Source: Blasia pusilla (Eukaryota). From it: 64,000 nucleotides of DNA. The position numbers and the translations under genes were made by a program. The notes under the pieces were generated by a model that made no database searches, had not been told where the DNA came from, and saw only the letters and a program-made list of their open reading frames with translations. Of the stretch, positions 38,677 to 52,728 are shown piece by piece (the stretch's first letter is position 1; each line of letters begins with the position of its first letter). The stretch is taken from NCBI GenBank assembly GCA_050084515.1, contig CM114271.1:20274001-20338000 (forward strand). The letters are read 5' to 3'.

Positions 38677-41600
38677 AGAGGATCATCGTCCTTTACATAA
38701 GGAATTAGGGGATGATATGGTCCAATCGCCGAATGATATGATATCTAAAACAAACAATATCAATAATCTCATTAATATAATCTATGGGATTGATTGTCAA
38801 CGATTTTATGATATTACCTTCCTCATGGATAGAACTATTTTCACAGCCAGAAATTGAGAGGTGGATCATATAAATACTGAAGTGATGTCCGATTTCATGG
38901 AGAGGTAACATCCTTATTTCATTTTTAATGGATTTATTATTACCTTACAAATGTGAAATGTACCTTTCAAATACTAACATACTTTCATACCTCATGCGTT
39001 GGAGAATACTTATCGTAGTGTGTTGATTCCATTTTAGATGAGGGAATGTCTCATATTTATGTCACAGAGTTTTTAATACTAGCTTATCTTCTCGACAACC
39101 GCCATATTTTTGTCTTAAAGATTGGGGGACTAATCATGTTATTACGAAACATGAATGAAACAAAAGGATAAGCTAATGAGAGAAGATCTGTCATTTGAGC
39201 CTTTTGTGTCATACGCCATTGATGTTGAAATCATTATAGGGAGAAATATTGGAAATTGGATTTTCATCCGAGCATTCCTTTGATTGCGTCTCACTCTCGC
39301 TTACCTTTCGATCTTGATGCATTTCAATTTTGCTATCCCTTCTACTTTTACTATAATTATTAAGAAGTCCCAAGGTCAAACTTAAAAAAAAAGTTGCCAA
39401 ACATATATATTCTCTCGTGGAAAATTAAATATCACTTTATGATAGATACAACGATGTATCTATCATGGCACCCTCCAAATTAATACAATTTGGAGGGTGC
39501 CATGCCGATAAGAAATTCTATACACATAATGTTGTCTATGCTAAGTAAAGCATTTTTTTTTCCATTCCTACTTTTTACAAGAAAATTCCAGCTAGTCCCA
39601 TAAATTCTCAATATAAACTTAGATGAACCATTTTCTTCCAAAATATCACATTTCGTTTTCATTGAAAATGTGGGAAAGAATACATGAGTTGGGGGTGTGG
39701 GGAAAGGAATAAGTGATCACAAACATGGAAGAACCCGTCCGATACAAGTCACGAGTTGAGAGTTTACTACACATGGAAGATATTAGGGGTTTCATTGGCA
39801 CATGGTGAGTATTCATGCGAGCAGAGAAACAACAATGAGGAGCCGAGGAACGGCAGTGCTGCGATTGGAATCAACACTTTGGCTATCGCTACGAAATTCA
39901 AATCCAGGTTGTAACTACCGGGGCACGGGATTCAGGGCTTGGAATTGTGGTGTGAAACAGGTAGACCGAAAACTGTGCAGATGTAATAAATCGAGCGGAA
40001 GTGACGGATAACGAGAAATTTCCGAAGCACATAAAAAGCCGACTGCAGGCATTTACGGGCTGTAGGTAAGAACTGACCACATGGCTGCTATTTTGCTGAT
40101 GGAATGAATGATGGACCCGTTTGCTCCACAGAATTCACATTTAGTTCCTTCACGGCGAGCGTCTCGTAATTTTGGGCTTCTATGAAGAAGAGGAAGGATA
40201 AAATGATGTGAAATTTCTGGAATCTTCGTTTCCTTAAAGTGAGTTGGCTGATCCAATGCTAGAATGTGTGCGTGGAATCTCGAAGAAACTTGTCACACAA
40301 TCGTGTTTGAAACGGACGTGATCAATATTCTTTCCTAGGGCTTTTAAAAAAATTCAATTTCTCCTTCGGCTGCCCTTCAAATGCATATCGTGCGCGTCTC
40401 CCTCGTCTGGTAGCCGCTTGTTTGGGGCTGCTGTGAAAGCTACTTCCTGAATCTGGACAATGCCCAGCTTGTGTTCGCCCGATTTCGATTTCGATTTTCG
40501 CCCTAAACGCCCCTGGTAGCGCGTGCCTTTGAGCAGGAATTCGGCCAGTCGTCCGGTCTCAACAATTTCAGATCTAGAAATTCGAAGGCGTAGCAGGATG
40601 GAACAATCTCATGTTGAATCTGCTGTATCGCAATGTTCCTTGGGTTCAGTGCTTGATCGTAAGGTTGCGACGGACTTCTGACAGCGGAAGGTCATCAGGA
40701 CAAAGAGTTTGCAAGCTCATGCAGGTGTGGTCCATTTCCCTTAAAATTTCACGTCTTCTTAATTGTTGCGACAATCGGAGGAGTCCAGTGCTTTGAGAAC
40801 TGGCATCGGTCTTTTTTCCGGATGGGGTTATCCTTGGACATACTATGTGAAGAGCAGATTACATGAAAGGGAGTTTTCAGGTGGTTTAGGTGCCCCAAGA
40901 ACTGCGCTGCTCTACTTGTGTCCCGTCATCTGCGTCATTGTAGGACTCTCATGACATCAATTTCGGTTTTCTTGGCTTGCTTTTCTTTGCTTCCTACCGA
41001 TTCCACTGCACGTGATAGACGGAAACGCGATGTCGTCTTTTCAAAGTTTCCCATCAGAGTAGCAAATCTTGAAAACCGAGGTATGTCTAGTACTATGAAA
41101 ATTAGCTGCTGCGGATGGAGAGGGAGAAACGGAGGGCTTGTTGTCTGTTAGCCTCTGCACATTGTGTGAATTGTACTCCTCTACTCTGATCAGCGGATTT
41201 CTGCGGTAGATGCGGAATTTTTGGTGTTTGGATTGTGACCGAGGTGAACTCAGAGTAGAGCTGTGAATTCTCAGGATGACAGCTTTTGTTCGTGAGGGTA
41301 AAATGGACTGGCAACACGTGTTTGTTTCAGTTGATTTCAGCAATTTTGTCGCCAACAAATCGTCGGACGCAAGCGGAACGGCCACCTGGCATTTGAATTA
41401 TTATATCTGGGCAATTTGAATTGATCACCGACGAATCACGCATAGACTTCGGATTCCTGAAGGTTGTTGTAAGATTTAGGCGTACTCTATTTCAAGAGGT
41501 GGACACTTTGTGAATAGGATGAGTGCTTGGAGGAAGGAGACGAAAACTGAAAATGTACAGAAGAGTCGTTTCGGCTGCCATTTCTTTCCGGGGAGAGACC

Positions 41601-41970
41601 AGAGGATCACGGACATCGAGGAGACTGATCTGTGGACAAGGCTGGATGGTGATCGTTGCCACTCGACCTCTATCTTCTGATTGCTCTCTTCGACTGAAAC
41701 GAACATATTGTCAAGTCAAATTTCCGTGATAGGGATGTGTTTACGGAAGCAATCAGTTTTATTCAGTGGACTGGATTTGGTCGAAAGATTAGACACCCGA
41801 TCGCCTTTGAAATTGAGGGCGTTTAATTTAGCTGCATACTCGACATTATTGTTCGCGCTCACGTTGGTGCTGCAGCTTAAGATCTCAGTTGATCGGCTGT
41901 CCAACTAATCGTTCCTTGCTGCCACGAGAAGCCACTCAGTACGTGGAGTTGATTTCTGTTAAGTTCTTAA

Positions 41971-44900
41971 ATGGGCAAAGAGAATGATAGTGAAAAGACA
42001 TCTGGAGAAGATTTCGAGATTCTGTCGTCAGACTCCCGCAAGTATGTGTGGATGGGCGCCATTCCGTTACTAGTCCATCTACACGAGTCTGAAGTTACCA
42101 GCCTTCCGGCGCCCCCTCCCTTTCTGGTGAGGTTCAGATCCTTACGGTGTCATCAGGGGGAAATTAGAAATCTTTCGTTCATTCTTCTCCCTCATTTAAG
42201 CAAACTTGTTTCCTAGAGGGTGCGCAGTTCATCTGAACGAAGAAAATACCCTCAGGTTCCACACATTGTAGTCAAAGGTATTTTCTTCGGTCAGATGAAC
42301 TGCGTAGTTCAGGTCAGATGAACTGCGCACATGGTAGAACCTATAAATGTGCGCAGTTCATCTGACCGAAGAAAATACCCTTGACTACAATGTGTGGAAC
42401 CTGTTGGAGTCGGGCGATGCTCAAATTCTCGCTAGAACTGATGCGTTTTGGATGCCGTTTATGGATTGTAGGTACTGGCTCCTCGCAATGGATACTTGCC
42501 ACTCCTTGCAGATGCAATCAAACCCCATTTCCAGAGTGCTCTACCACCCGGTTCTGATACGGTCTGGTTTGACTACGAAGGGCTACCTCTTAAATGGTTC
42601 GATTATTTCACATTACCAAGGCCTGAACATGCCTTCCACTGATCAAAAGATTGGACGTCGCGGTAAATTATGTTGGATATCTTAGAAGTGCACAGAAACC
42701 TGAATGCGGAAGTGGACTGCTGTAAGATGGGGTTCCATGACAGAAATAGAACAAGATGGATTGATGGACCGCTAGTGCTGTCAGTACTGAGAGCATTTCT
42801 GGCCACATGCGATTCTGTCGTTGTTCATCGCAACAACCTTTGATGTGGCATTTATCTCCGAGTTTATGCAGTCTTGAAGTCTGCAGGTCCTGAATTTTGG
42901 AAACAGACTAAGGTGAAAGGAAAATCCTTGCAGGCACATACCAACGGGAGTCCTTTTTGATTTGCTGTGCGTTGAACCTGAAAGGCCTTGGAAATTGACG
43001 GTATGATCCCGAATACAACTCGCTACGTTCAGATTTGGTTTTCGATGGAAGGGTGTACCTGTTTGCACCCCGATATGTGACGATGAAGTAGCATACTCTT
43101 AAGCATTCACAATTTCACTCAAAGTCATTCTATCCTTAAAGGCGTTGCAAAATCTACTACAGGTACATTTTAGAGCATATCCTTTGGAGGTATTGAGTCC
43201 CTGTGATGGAGAAGATGCTGTCAAGTGGCACTTTGTCAACGCCCTTAAAGAGGCATGTGAAAGACTTGGTTTTACCTCTCGGTGTACATGTTCAAAAGTT
43301 TTTTTTTCATCTGTAGACTTTGGCTTATGTTATGTTACGTTAAATAGGTTTTCTTGGCAAAATAATGTTATACATCTAGACGGGGATGGCAATTTACTCA
43401 TCGGAAGGACCAGCAACTGATAGCCCTTTTCCTATTGGTTGTAGGCCTCGTATGTGATGTACGGGAATACCAAAAGTGTAATGAATTTATCTCAGCACGA
43501 CCAGGTGGAGCTTTGGAAAAGTGTGGTAAAGGGTCAGTTTTCTATGGCCACAAATCTCCTTGCATTCTTTCTCTGTGAAATCTATACAATACAGTAGAAA
43601 GAGAACGTTTGTTTTAGTGTGTTTCTGTGAATTGGCCTCACCTTAGTCAGAGTGTCTCACTTGTACACTAAAATCACATCACCATCAAACAGTGATCGTG
43701 TTTGAGCACTCTTCTGGGAAAATGCCCTCTGTCTACAGCTCAATGCAAGGTCAGTCGCAGTTCTAGGTCTTGTCTGAAGATATTTTGGTATGGCAGGTGA
43801 TTTGGAAGGGTACGATCATATCTCAAACCGCTTGAAACCAGGATTGAATCTAAACTCTGCTGCTCCATGGAATTGGGGAATGTCTGTGGGGCGGCCGAGT
43901 AGTGGAGATTCAGACGTGGACAGCAAGTCAGTTGGTAGAGGAGGTACTTCAGCACAAACTTCACGTGTGAAACTGCTAGCACTGTTTTGATATTTTTGTA
44001 TCAAGCATGCCTTCAAGGGAAATTCAATCAGTAATATTTGTTACGCTTAAATTTTGGGTCTTGAACTCAGACCATTCAGGGGACCCTTGACTTGAGGCGG
44101 GTACAACCGTAAAATATGCTCGAAAATGTCCACATGCGTCCCACTTTTCTCCAGAAACCCTATCGCTGCACGTCCTGCTAAAGGTTGATATATTTGATTG
44201 AGAATTTCGTTGCTCCGTCCAAAGAAACTATTTGAGTCCTTAGTTAATTTTTTGGAACCTTGAAACTGAGTTTTTAAAGCCTCATGTAGGGAAATCTATG
44301 TATGTGGTGAAGGTAAATAGACAGAGATAGGTCAGCAGTTGTTACACATTGCCATTAGTCTTCCAACATGATGGGACTTGGGATCCCCTTATTCTGATAT
44401 AGTTGTGAAAGAGTGGATGTTTCTTCTCCAATTATCATGCTGAAAGGTCTGGGGCCAAAAGGTTGCGTTTAAGCACACTGTTTTGCCTCCAGTGAGCGGC
44501 TGCTTGAAAATAAACTCACATAACTTAAATTGATGCCGACTCTACATGGCTCTAATTAGTTTCAAATATATGTGGTGGAAATCCCTGCTTAAAGTTTGCA
44601 CGATCCTTCTTTCCTGATACTACACTATGGAGATGGAGATTTAACACCTTATGTGCTTACTCATAAATGTCTAACCACTTTGAGTACGTAGGATCGGAGC
44701 AATTCAATCCATGATGATTACCACATGTTTCCCAAGTTTATACATGGCGCAACATGATATCAGTGAAGGATTTGTTGTCCCACTGTTGAAGTTATGAAGT
44801 TAACATGCAGAGAAGGGCGAAAAGCAAATCCTCTATCCAGGATAGGAGGATCTTTCCCACGCACCTGCAGAAAACCTTAGAAGTCCGTAGGTATTAGGCA

Positions 44901-46641
44901 GAAAACTAGTTTTCTTAGTAATGCATATAGTAATTCAGTTGGGGTTGGATTGGTTTCAGAAGCATAACGAATCGGCAAGGGATTTGAGAAAATCTGGAAT
45001 ACAGATTTGCTTAGTGTGTGGACTTTAATTCTTACAGTTCTTTCCACGTGTGTGTTCCCGAAGCCCTTCTCTTCTAAGGATACACTTTAATCATAGTTTG
45101 AGGTGAATAATTAGATGCATTATTTCATGTGGGAAACAATTGGAAGGTGGAAAGCGCTCAAAGCACAATGATTAGAGAAACCTTGAAGAGGAGGTTCTCT
45201 TCTTCGAAAAAACTTTCATGTCCCAAATCAAAGTCTGGTTAGTCATATCTGAGTCTGGCCAGTGGTTGGTGGTCAGGACCCCACAGTGCTGAAACGCAGA
45301 AGCCTGATCTGTTTATATCTCTACATTGATGAAGGTATAGTTTGGGAGACTTTACTCATTAAGTAGTGCCTGTTGTAGCCTTGCCACCATAGACCCCGGG
45401 CCCTGGTTGGACGGTGCTTGAGACTGGGATGGGTGTAGAGAGAAGAAGTGAAGAAGGTACCATAGGAGAGGACGGAGACACTCTCATATAGTGTGAGTGC
45501 TGACGGTACAAAGTGTTGGTGCGGAGCTTCCAAGTGTCACCCAGGACGCTCTTCACTTTACCTGATTGGGATCCCCAATAAACATTACTTACCAGTGCAG
45601 CAGCTTTGGGCAGTGAATTTAGGCTACTGAATGTGTTTATAATTTGGGAGAGCGAGAGCCTGAGAGATTTACTGACTAGTGAATATTTCCAGCAGGAAGT
45701 GATGGTAATTGGCCAGGGAGGATACCAATGCGCATATACATAAGATCAATATGTGGTAATCCGGATGATCTGTGTGATAGTCCTCCGGTACATTCATGGG
45801 ACAAGTTGGTGTACATGACAAGACCCATCGATTTCCCGAGAGAAAAAGGTGCTATATCTGGTCGTGTGACAACATTATCTGTTCTTGACATTTGTCCAGC
45901 AGCCGTTTTTGTTTAGGCAAAGGACGACATAGTTGAAGTGACAGCGTCATAGATTATTCACACAAAATGAAGAGACCCCTTGTTGTACAATCCCTCCAGT
46001 TACACTTGAATTGCAGTACAAAGGGTAACATATTTTTTTGAAAGAATGAGGATTCCCTTTACAATATGACACTGAAAAAGTACACTGGTGGAATCTTTAC
46101 AGGTTTGGTGCTTACATTGCGTGATGTATTGATGAAAGTTGTACCTCATCTATTCTTATCTTTCCCGTCGACAGACACAACTGAGACAGAAACTATTGGA
46201 GTAACTTCCGGAGATAGCAATGAAAGGCATCCGGGTGAGTCTAGTGCTGCATCAAACCTTCCTAATGCAGTTTCAGAAAAACCAGAGACACAGGCTGGAG
46301 AAGCGATCGAAACTGCCACATCACCTTCAAGCGATAAGCAATCAACAGAATCATCTACACCTAGTGAGGAGGGGCTTGAGGAACAGGCCCGAATAAGTGC
46401 ACAGGATGCACTTGATGATCTGGACAGGAGTCCTGATGGCCAAGGTGGGACGAGTACACCAAGGCCACCTGAGTGCCTCTGGGAGGGCCAGGCTTTGGGC
46501 AGCGCAAAACAGTTTCAGGGTATTGTGCGCATTCAGGGGATTGAACCAAATCTTGATTTACCGCTTGATTGGGTGGCACGGAACCTTTGTGGACCTGAGC
46601 AATTTATTCATCTTTGCATTTGTACATGGATAACTCCATGA
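41971..46641 (+). CDS. ATG5: autophagy protein 5
   Basis: Exons 41971-42126, 42472-42596, 42934-43000, 43163-43252 (GC donor), 43445-43532, 43797-43934 (or -43943), 45693 (or 45696)-45848, 46103-46641. Protein: YVWMGAIPL...LAPRNGYLPLL...[24 protein letters not shown]...PWKLTVHFRAYP...FVNALKEASYVMYGNTKSVMNLSQHDQVELW...RIPMRIY...IQGIEPNLDLPLDWVARNLCGPEQFIHLCI, all typical ATG5 motifs. Confidence 0.94.
42253..42403. mobile_element. foldback/MITE-like element in ATG5 intron 1
   Basis: ~52-bp near-perfect terminal inverted repeats (42253-42304 and 42352-42403), starting CAGGTTCCACAC. A partial extra copy lies at 42220-42252. Confidence 0.7.
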
Positions 46642-49600
46642 TGGTTTTGTAGCAGGAAGTTAATTGGGTACCCATTCGTCACCTGCGGATGGTGGCGTGG
46701 GCCATAGGTCTATTTGTGTCTGTGCGAGTGGGAGTGGGGTGGCTGTGGACGTAGCCACCAGGATTGAGGTTTCCTAGTTTGCAACGTATTCGTGAGAGGC
46801 CTTTTGGGTCCCACCGGAGCTGTCGGGGTCGAGCTCAAATCGGGAGATGCTGTGTGCAAGGATGACCAATTTCGTCACGACTGATTATCGTCTGACCCAG
46901 GTTGTCACCATGAGTATTGATGAGAAAGTATATGAGGTTGCTCAAAGGTGTAAGTGGGACCTTCAATTTTTAGTAATAGAACGTCAAAGTCAACTTGACG
47001 ATGCTACACGTCTTCTATTACATGACCCTGGCCGAGGAAGGACGGCCCCTAGTTCCACTCGGAGTTAGAAAAGGAGGAGAGAAAGAACAAATTGGAGACT
47101 GTGACAGGTAAACCTCTAGGACCGTCTTGAAAACTTACCAACCATTGATTGCATGAGCTGGAATTCTTTCATGTTGTAAATACAGATATGGAAACTTGGG
47201 ACAGTATTTTATTACTGGCCCGATCTTGTGATTTTCCTTGTTTATACTTCATAGTGGGCCGTGTAGCAATTCACTCGACTGGGCAAGCGGTGCTTGTGTT
47301 CGCAGTTTTGTAAGCAGTGTAGACCAGGGATCAATTTTCAATGTTCCAGGTATGAGCGTGTAGTTGCAGACTTACTCTCCAGATATGTCCATGGAATGAT
47401 GACAGTTTCCGTGTGTGCTCATTTATGGACCTCGTATATCGCATTGTGGAGGTAAGCAGGTGTGTACTTGACAGCCATCGCGTGTCAGTCCATCGGAACC
47501 TTCAAGCTGAGGCTACCCGTCGTCCTCCATAGAAACTACCCAATGACGATATTGAAATGGTTGCTGTTTGGTATAACCCTCCGTGAGGTCCTCCAGTATC
47601 TCGACTGTCGAATACGAGATTGTGATTAGTGCATATCCGATCTGAGGTTACAATTGGTCACGAAAAGCCTTAGTGACGAGCATCATGTGACTAGATTGAC
47701 GTGGGGAGGTGGATGAATTGCCTGGCAGCTGCATACCATCCACATTCAATAGAGCTTGAGTTATAAAGTTCCCTCGGGAGTGAGGCTGCCACAATTAGCC
47801 ATGGCTCTAGTTCATACCCGAGAGACCGATTGTGGCTATTCTCCCTCTGTTTTAGGGACACCAACCATACGGGATGACCCGTGACTGATCCATGCCGACT
47901 CACTTCTCGAATCTGAGATGACCAGTCATCGCAGTAAAAATCCTTGAGCATATGAGTCGGCCGTAGTACAGCCCTTATCAGCCCGGATAAGGGTCCGTCA
48001 GTTCGTCGCGTGCGGGAGTATACATGCGTCTCCGACGGCTCCAATCCTTGCCGAATCAACTTTCGGCCATTGGTAATGGACAAGAGGACACATACGCACA
48101 CGAGGACATGGTAGTCGCACACGAGGACACACACTTTTGTTTCATGGTAGTCGTGTGCTTTCCACATGTGAATTTGTGAAAGAGAGAGAACAAGGTAACT
48201 CCCTATCCTCTAGAAAAGAAAAAAAACACATATCTATAGTATCGATGGAGAATGGTTTTTTTTTCAAAAATTTGCGAACACCTTTTTTGATTCACACCTG
48301 GGTATCTTTTGGTAACATGGGCAGCGAGGAAAAAAATTGTAAGGTGAATGGCAAGAAAACATTACGAAATTTTTTTTTTTATCATGATTTGAGTTGTGCA
48401 GCACATGCTACACACTAGATTGCTAGTTAGGCTTGCAATGGAAAAAGTAGAAAAAAAGGTGTTAGTGTTATCATTGCAGTCCCATAGCTACGTTGCTTTT
48501 GGGGAGCGCTAGTGATATTTTGGGAAAAATTATTATTTTGTGAAACAAAATATATTTTGAACATATGGATACAAAATCTGAGTGCTTCACTTAGTTACAA
48601 TGGAGTGGTGGTAAGTGTCATGTGCTACTTTTGACAAGCATTAAGTTTTGTTTTAGTTATGTGCAAGTCTCTTTATTGGGTATCTTTTATTCTATGACGA
48701 GCATGAAACACTAGTTTCACGTGGAACACTCATTTCATGTGCTTTGCACGAAAAATGTTCTCCTTTTAAAAGTATTTTATCAAAAAATAATCTCGGTTCC
48801 ATATTTTCAACGCTCCACTCCCTTGGCCCAAATAATTTCTTGGCCTTTACAACCACCTCAATTTCTGCTTATTAGAGGAGAAGTAGCAACCCCTTTAATA
48901 AGAAAAAGAAAATCCCATTCTTCCACTTCTTTGAGAATACCATGACCATTGTATTTTACAAATGAAGGAGGTTTAGCATACAACATCCAACAAACATAGT
49001 ATTCGTCATAGAGTCCAACCTTTACTCTTCCTTTCTTCGACTTGAAGCACTCACGACCTTGAGCTTTGCAAGCTAAATTCTTGGGTTCAGTCTCAAAGAC
49101 TCAACGAGTTGCGTGTTTTGTAAGTGGCTCAGAAATCATCTAGCGTACATCGAGTTGAGTCTTCTCAAGTGCGTACTGCTTCCCTAGGAAGCCTCTTCCC
49201 CAAGCCTCCACCAATTTCCCCAAGTTGCTCCTATACACCGGAGTAATTGAGGGAGTGGCCAAACACGATTAGTTCCTTGTTCATGGACTTGAGCATGTAG
49301 CAAGGGAGAGTGGCCCCCTTAAAGGTGCTTATGGGGTTCTCCATGGGAACCCCACTTTCCCCATTGTCCCCCTCAAGCTCTTGATTTTTTTCCTCAACCC
49401 AAACGTGGTCCACGACTCGCAGAGCCACGTTTGATTAATTATCCCTCAAGATGGCTTGATGTAGACTTTGTGAAGATTATGAAATTTTCAACTCTTCAAA
49501 CGTATTTTGGAGCTTGAACCCATGTCAAGTGTTTCTTATGGTTCACGACTGTATTGACATACTCCTTGTTTGGCATCTCATGGTTGTCTTGCCGCCTGTT

Positions 49601-49656
49601 GCATTTGGAGACTAGTTTCGTGGCATCTTGCTCATCTTGACTACTCACGTGTTATT

Positions 49657-52088
49657 TATTGAAGATTGAGTTGTATTCAAGCTCATCAGACACCCAAATT
49701 GCAACATCTTTAGTACTCACACGAAGTAGGAAAGCTTAATCTTGGTTAAGTTAGTTAAGCACCATTATCTTAACTAGGATTAGTTAAACTAAGTTAATCA
49801 TATTTAGTTTAACTCAAGACTATGGTTAGGATTTGGGTTGCTTGTATACACCCTATATAATTGAGAAGGGGATCAGCCTCCAACCATTCTCTCATTGCAA
49901 AATTTTGTTCTCCATGGTGGTGTATGTGAAAGAGTCGTATCCTATCAGTTATGCTTCTTTAGGGGTTTTTCTACATGGTATCAAAGTAATAGGAGAACAT
50001 CACTAAATATCCTTGGTATTTGAAGAGAGAAGAGAGATGCAAAAGAAGCCAAAATTCCTGTTTGGGAGAAGGAATTTTTTTTCAGAGCTTAGTGGCAGAA
50101 GATTTCAGATGGAGTTGTGATGGTGACAAAACTTTGGAGATGTTCTTTAAGGCTTTCCCGTTTGATTCTGAAATATGGGTCCGCATCGGTTAAAATGATG
50201 TCGAAGGCTAGTTCTAATCTCCTTGTAGATCTTGTCAAGAGCTTTCCAATGCATCCAAAACTGTTCAATTTTGACTTTTTAAGCTCCTGCAATAGCAATT
50301 TCACTATAGGAGAGTGCAATTAGTGAAGGAAAGTTATGCAATTTGCTCTCCAAAGGCGATTTTCGACTAGTTCTTCCGTGCCGTTGGTCAATTTTGTCAA
50401 AATTTAGGTCAATTTTTATGTATGAGTAGTCTATGATTCAATTGGAGTCGTGAAGAGCCTGAAATTATATTTTTGTGAGTAAAATCGTTCTTCATGAAAT
50501 ATTCCTCAACAACAATCACAAGCGCAAAGCTAGATAAGCAAAATTACTATGTCTGGAAGTTTTGCATGAAACAATTTCTCATGGATCAAGAACTATGGGA
50601 GCTTGTTACAAGTGATGAGACCAAACCAGAAGCTAGGGTGATTCAACAAACTTCAATATTAAACATACTTCCTGCCCAATCAACATCCGTGAATACTTGT
50701 AATTATAAACTCGGAGAAGGTTCAAATTGAATCCCGAATTGAATAAAGAATTTCACATACCGCATAATCCTCCTCGCAACATCAAGGTGAGGTTTTCGAG
50801 GTGCTTGCATAAATTGGCTCAATAGGCCAGCTGCATAGCTCAAGTTTGCTATGGTTATAGTCAGATAGATTAAACTTCCAACCATACGCTTGTACATATT
50901 AGAATCTACAAGCAACTCTCCTTCATCCACTCTTAGCTTCACACTATGGTCCAATGGTGTAGAGATTTGCTTACAAGCTGTCATACCATATTTTGAAAGC
51001 ACGTGAAGAGCATATTTTTGTTGCAATAATCACATACTCTTTCCAACCCTAATAAACTCAACACCAAGGAAGTACTTGAGTTCTCCCAAATCCTTCATAT
51101 CAAATTCTACCTATAACTTTAGCTTGATTTATTGTACCATATCTTTAGTAGTCCCAGTAATCAAGAGGTCGTCAACATACCCACATCTGGTTATTCATTT
51201 ACAAGGTTGCACAGAAACAGACAAGTGCTTCCTTGGGACGGATATGCTCGGCCCACACAGACATGTTTGTCCATAGGACGGACATAAGTCCGCGGACATG
51301 GACATGTCCACGGACAAGGAGATACTTTTTTCGTGTGTAACCTTGTTCATTTACCTTGGGAAGCGCACTTATAAGTTGTGCTTCAAAGAAGCAATCTATA
51401 GTTGCTTTATCTTCAACAGAGGTTGAGTTCAAAGGAGCAAGTACTGTTGCATTGTTAGGCCGTGTGGCTTCATTGATTACTTGTTGAGATTGGTGTTAGT
51501 AACTTAAGACCTATTGGAATATATGTAGATAATATTAGTAGCATCAAGCTTGCTAATAACCATGCATTTTGAGATGACAAAGCATTTTGAGATGCACTAC
51601 CATTTTATGATAGAGAAAATGTTTGCAGAAGAGATTGATCTTGTGTATCTAGGTACGTATAAATCAATAAATTGTTGATATCTTTACAAAGGTATTATCT
51701 AGAGATAAGTTTGAGATATGTAGAAACGATTTAGGTGTTAGAGATATCGATATGAGTTTGAGGGTGAGGGTGAGTATTGAAGACTAAGTTATAGTTAAGC
51801 TCATCAGACATCTGAACAAGTACATTTGGTACTCACACGATGTAGGAAAGCTTAATCTTGGTTAAGTTAGTTAAGCACAATTATCTTAACTAAGATTACT
51901 TAATCATAATTAGCCTAACTCAAGACTTTGGTTAGGATTAGGGTTAGGGTTGTTTGTACATACCCTATATAATTGAGAAGGGGACCAGCCTCCACTCATT
52001 CTCTCGTTGCAAAATATTTTCTCCATGATGGTGTGTAAGTGTGAGAGTCATATTCCATGAATTATGCTTCTTGAGTAGTTTTTCTACA
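49657..52088 (+). mobile_element. internally deleted and rearranged Ty1/copia element with both LTRs
   Basis: LTRs 49657-49975 and 51775-52088. PBS TGGTATCAAAG 49976-49986; PPT before 51775; flanks TTATT/TTCTT. Gag start KLDKQNYYVWKF (50494-50640). RT segment inverted (~50641-51180). RNase H SKKQSIVALSSTEVEF on +. Confidence 0.85.
51202..51345. mobile_element. hAT-type MITE
   Basis: Imperfect TIRs CAAGGTTGCACAGAAA / TTTCGTGTGTAACCTTG and a perfect 8-bp TSD TTCATTTA (51194-51201, 51346-51353). It splits the copia RNase H sequence. Confidence 0.85.
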
Positions 52089-52304
52089 TTCTTTGCTTCT
52101 TTCCCTTGACTTTGAGCTGACCTCAAAGGTTTGACTCTTACATCGTGAACATGCATGTCTCGCCTAGCGTTAGTCCTCTAGATGATTCTATTGCCATTCC
52201 TAGTCTCACAACAAGCTAGTCGAGATTTTGACTTTGGTGGGTCATAGAAAGGTCTTTCCTCGAGCCCATGATCGTGATTTAATTTATTTTGGATCTCCAC
52301 TAGC

Positions 52305-52728
52305 AAAGGTTGCTCGGAAACGAATTAGTCCAGACATGTCGACGGACCTGCCCGACCCACATCCGAGCCCGCCCAAAGCCTGCACTCGTTACGTGGCCCG
52401 CAATCCGGTCATGGGGCGGGCTTGATGTAGGCTCAAGGCCCGCCCAAACCGCGCATGGCGGGCTCAAGGCCCATACCAAGGTTTAGGGTTTAGGCGGCCA
52501 TAAGGCCCGCGCGAGACCAAAAGTTGGTCCGCTAGACCAGATTTTGCGGGCCCTTGGCACGCCTTGAGCCCATGCCCAGCCCGACCTAGCCCGCACCTTG
52601 CCCACGTTGCGGGCCACGTAACGGATGGGGGCTTGGATGCGGGCTCAAGTGTGGGCCCGCATGCCTGAGCCCGCATGGACATGACAAACATAAGCCGACA
52701 GACATGGACATATCCACGTACAACCTTG
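52305..52728. mobile_element. GC-rich hAT-like non-autonomous element
   Basis: Ends AAAGGTTGC...CAACCTTG resemble the 51202 MITE TIR. Flanks CCACTAGC/CCGCTTGC match 6/8. Shares GACATGGACA subterminal motifs with that MITE. Confidence 0.5.

Noticed and set aside
40380-41970. Short ORFs upstream of ATG5
   Set aside because: No homology signal; consistent with a long intron-containing 5' UTR. Conserved uORFs cannot be assessed without alignments.
45321-45560. Coding-looking segment in ATG5 intron 6
   Set aside because: Only short ORFs, no recognised family, and not needed for the ATG5 frame.
46170-46480. Ser/Thr/Glu-rich insertion in the ATG5 C-terminal domain
   Set aside because: Plant ATG5 proteins commonly have a variable low-complexity loop here.
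47691-48167. 158-aa minus-strand ORF downstream of ATG5
   Set aside because: No motifs, begins in a short local repeat, and has no splice or homology support.
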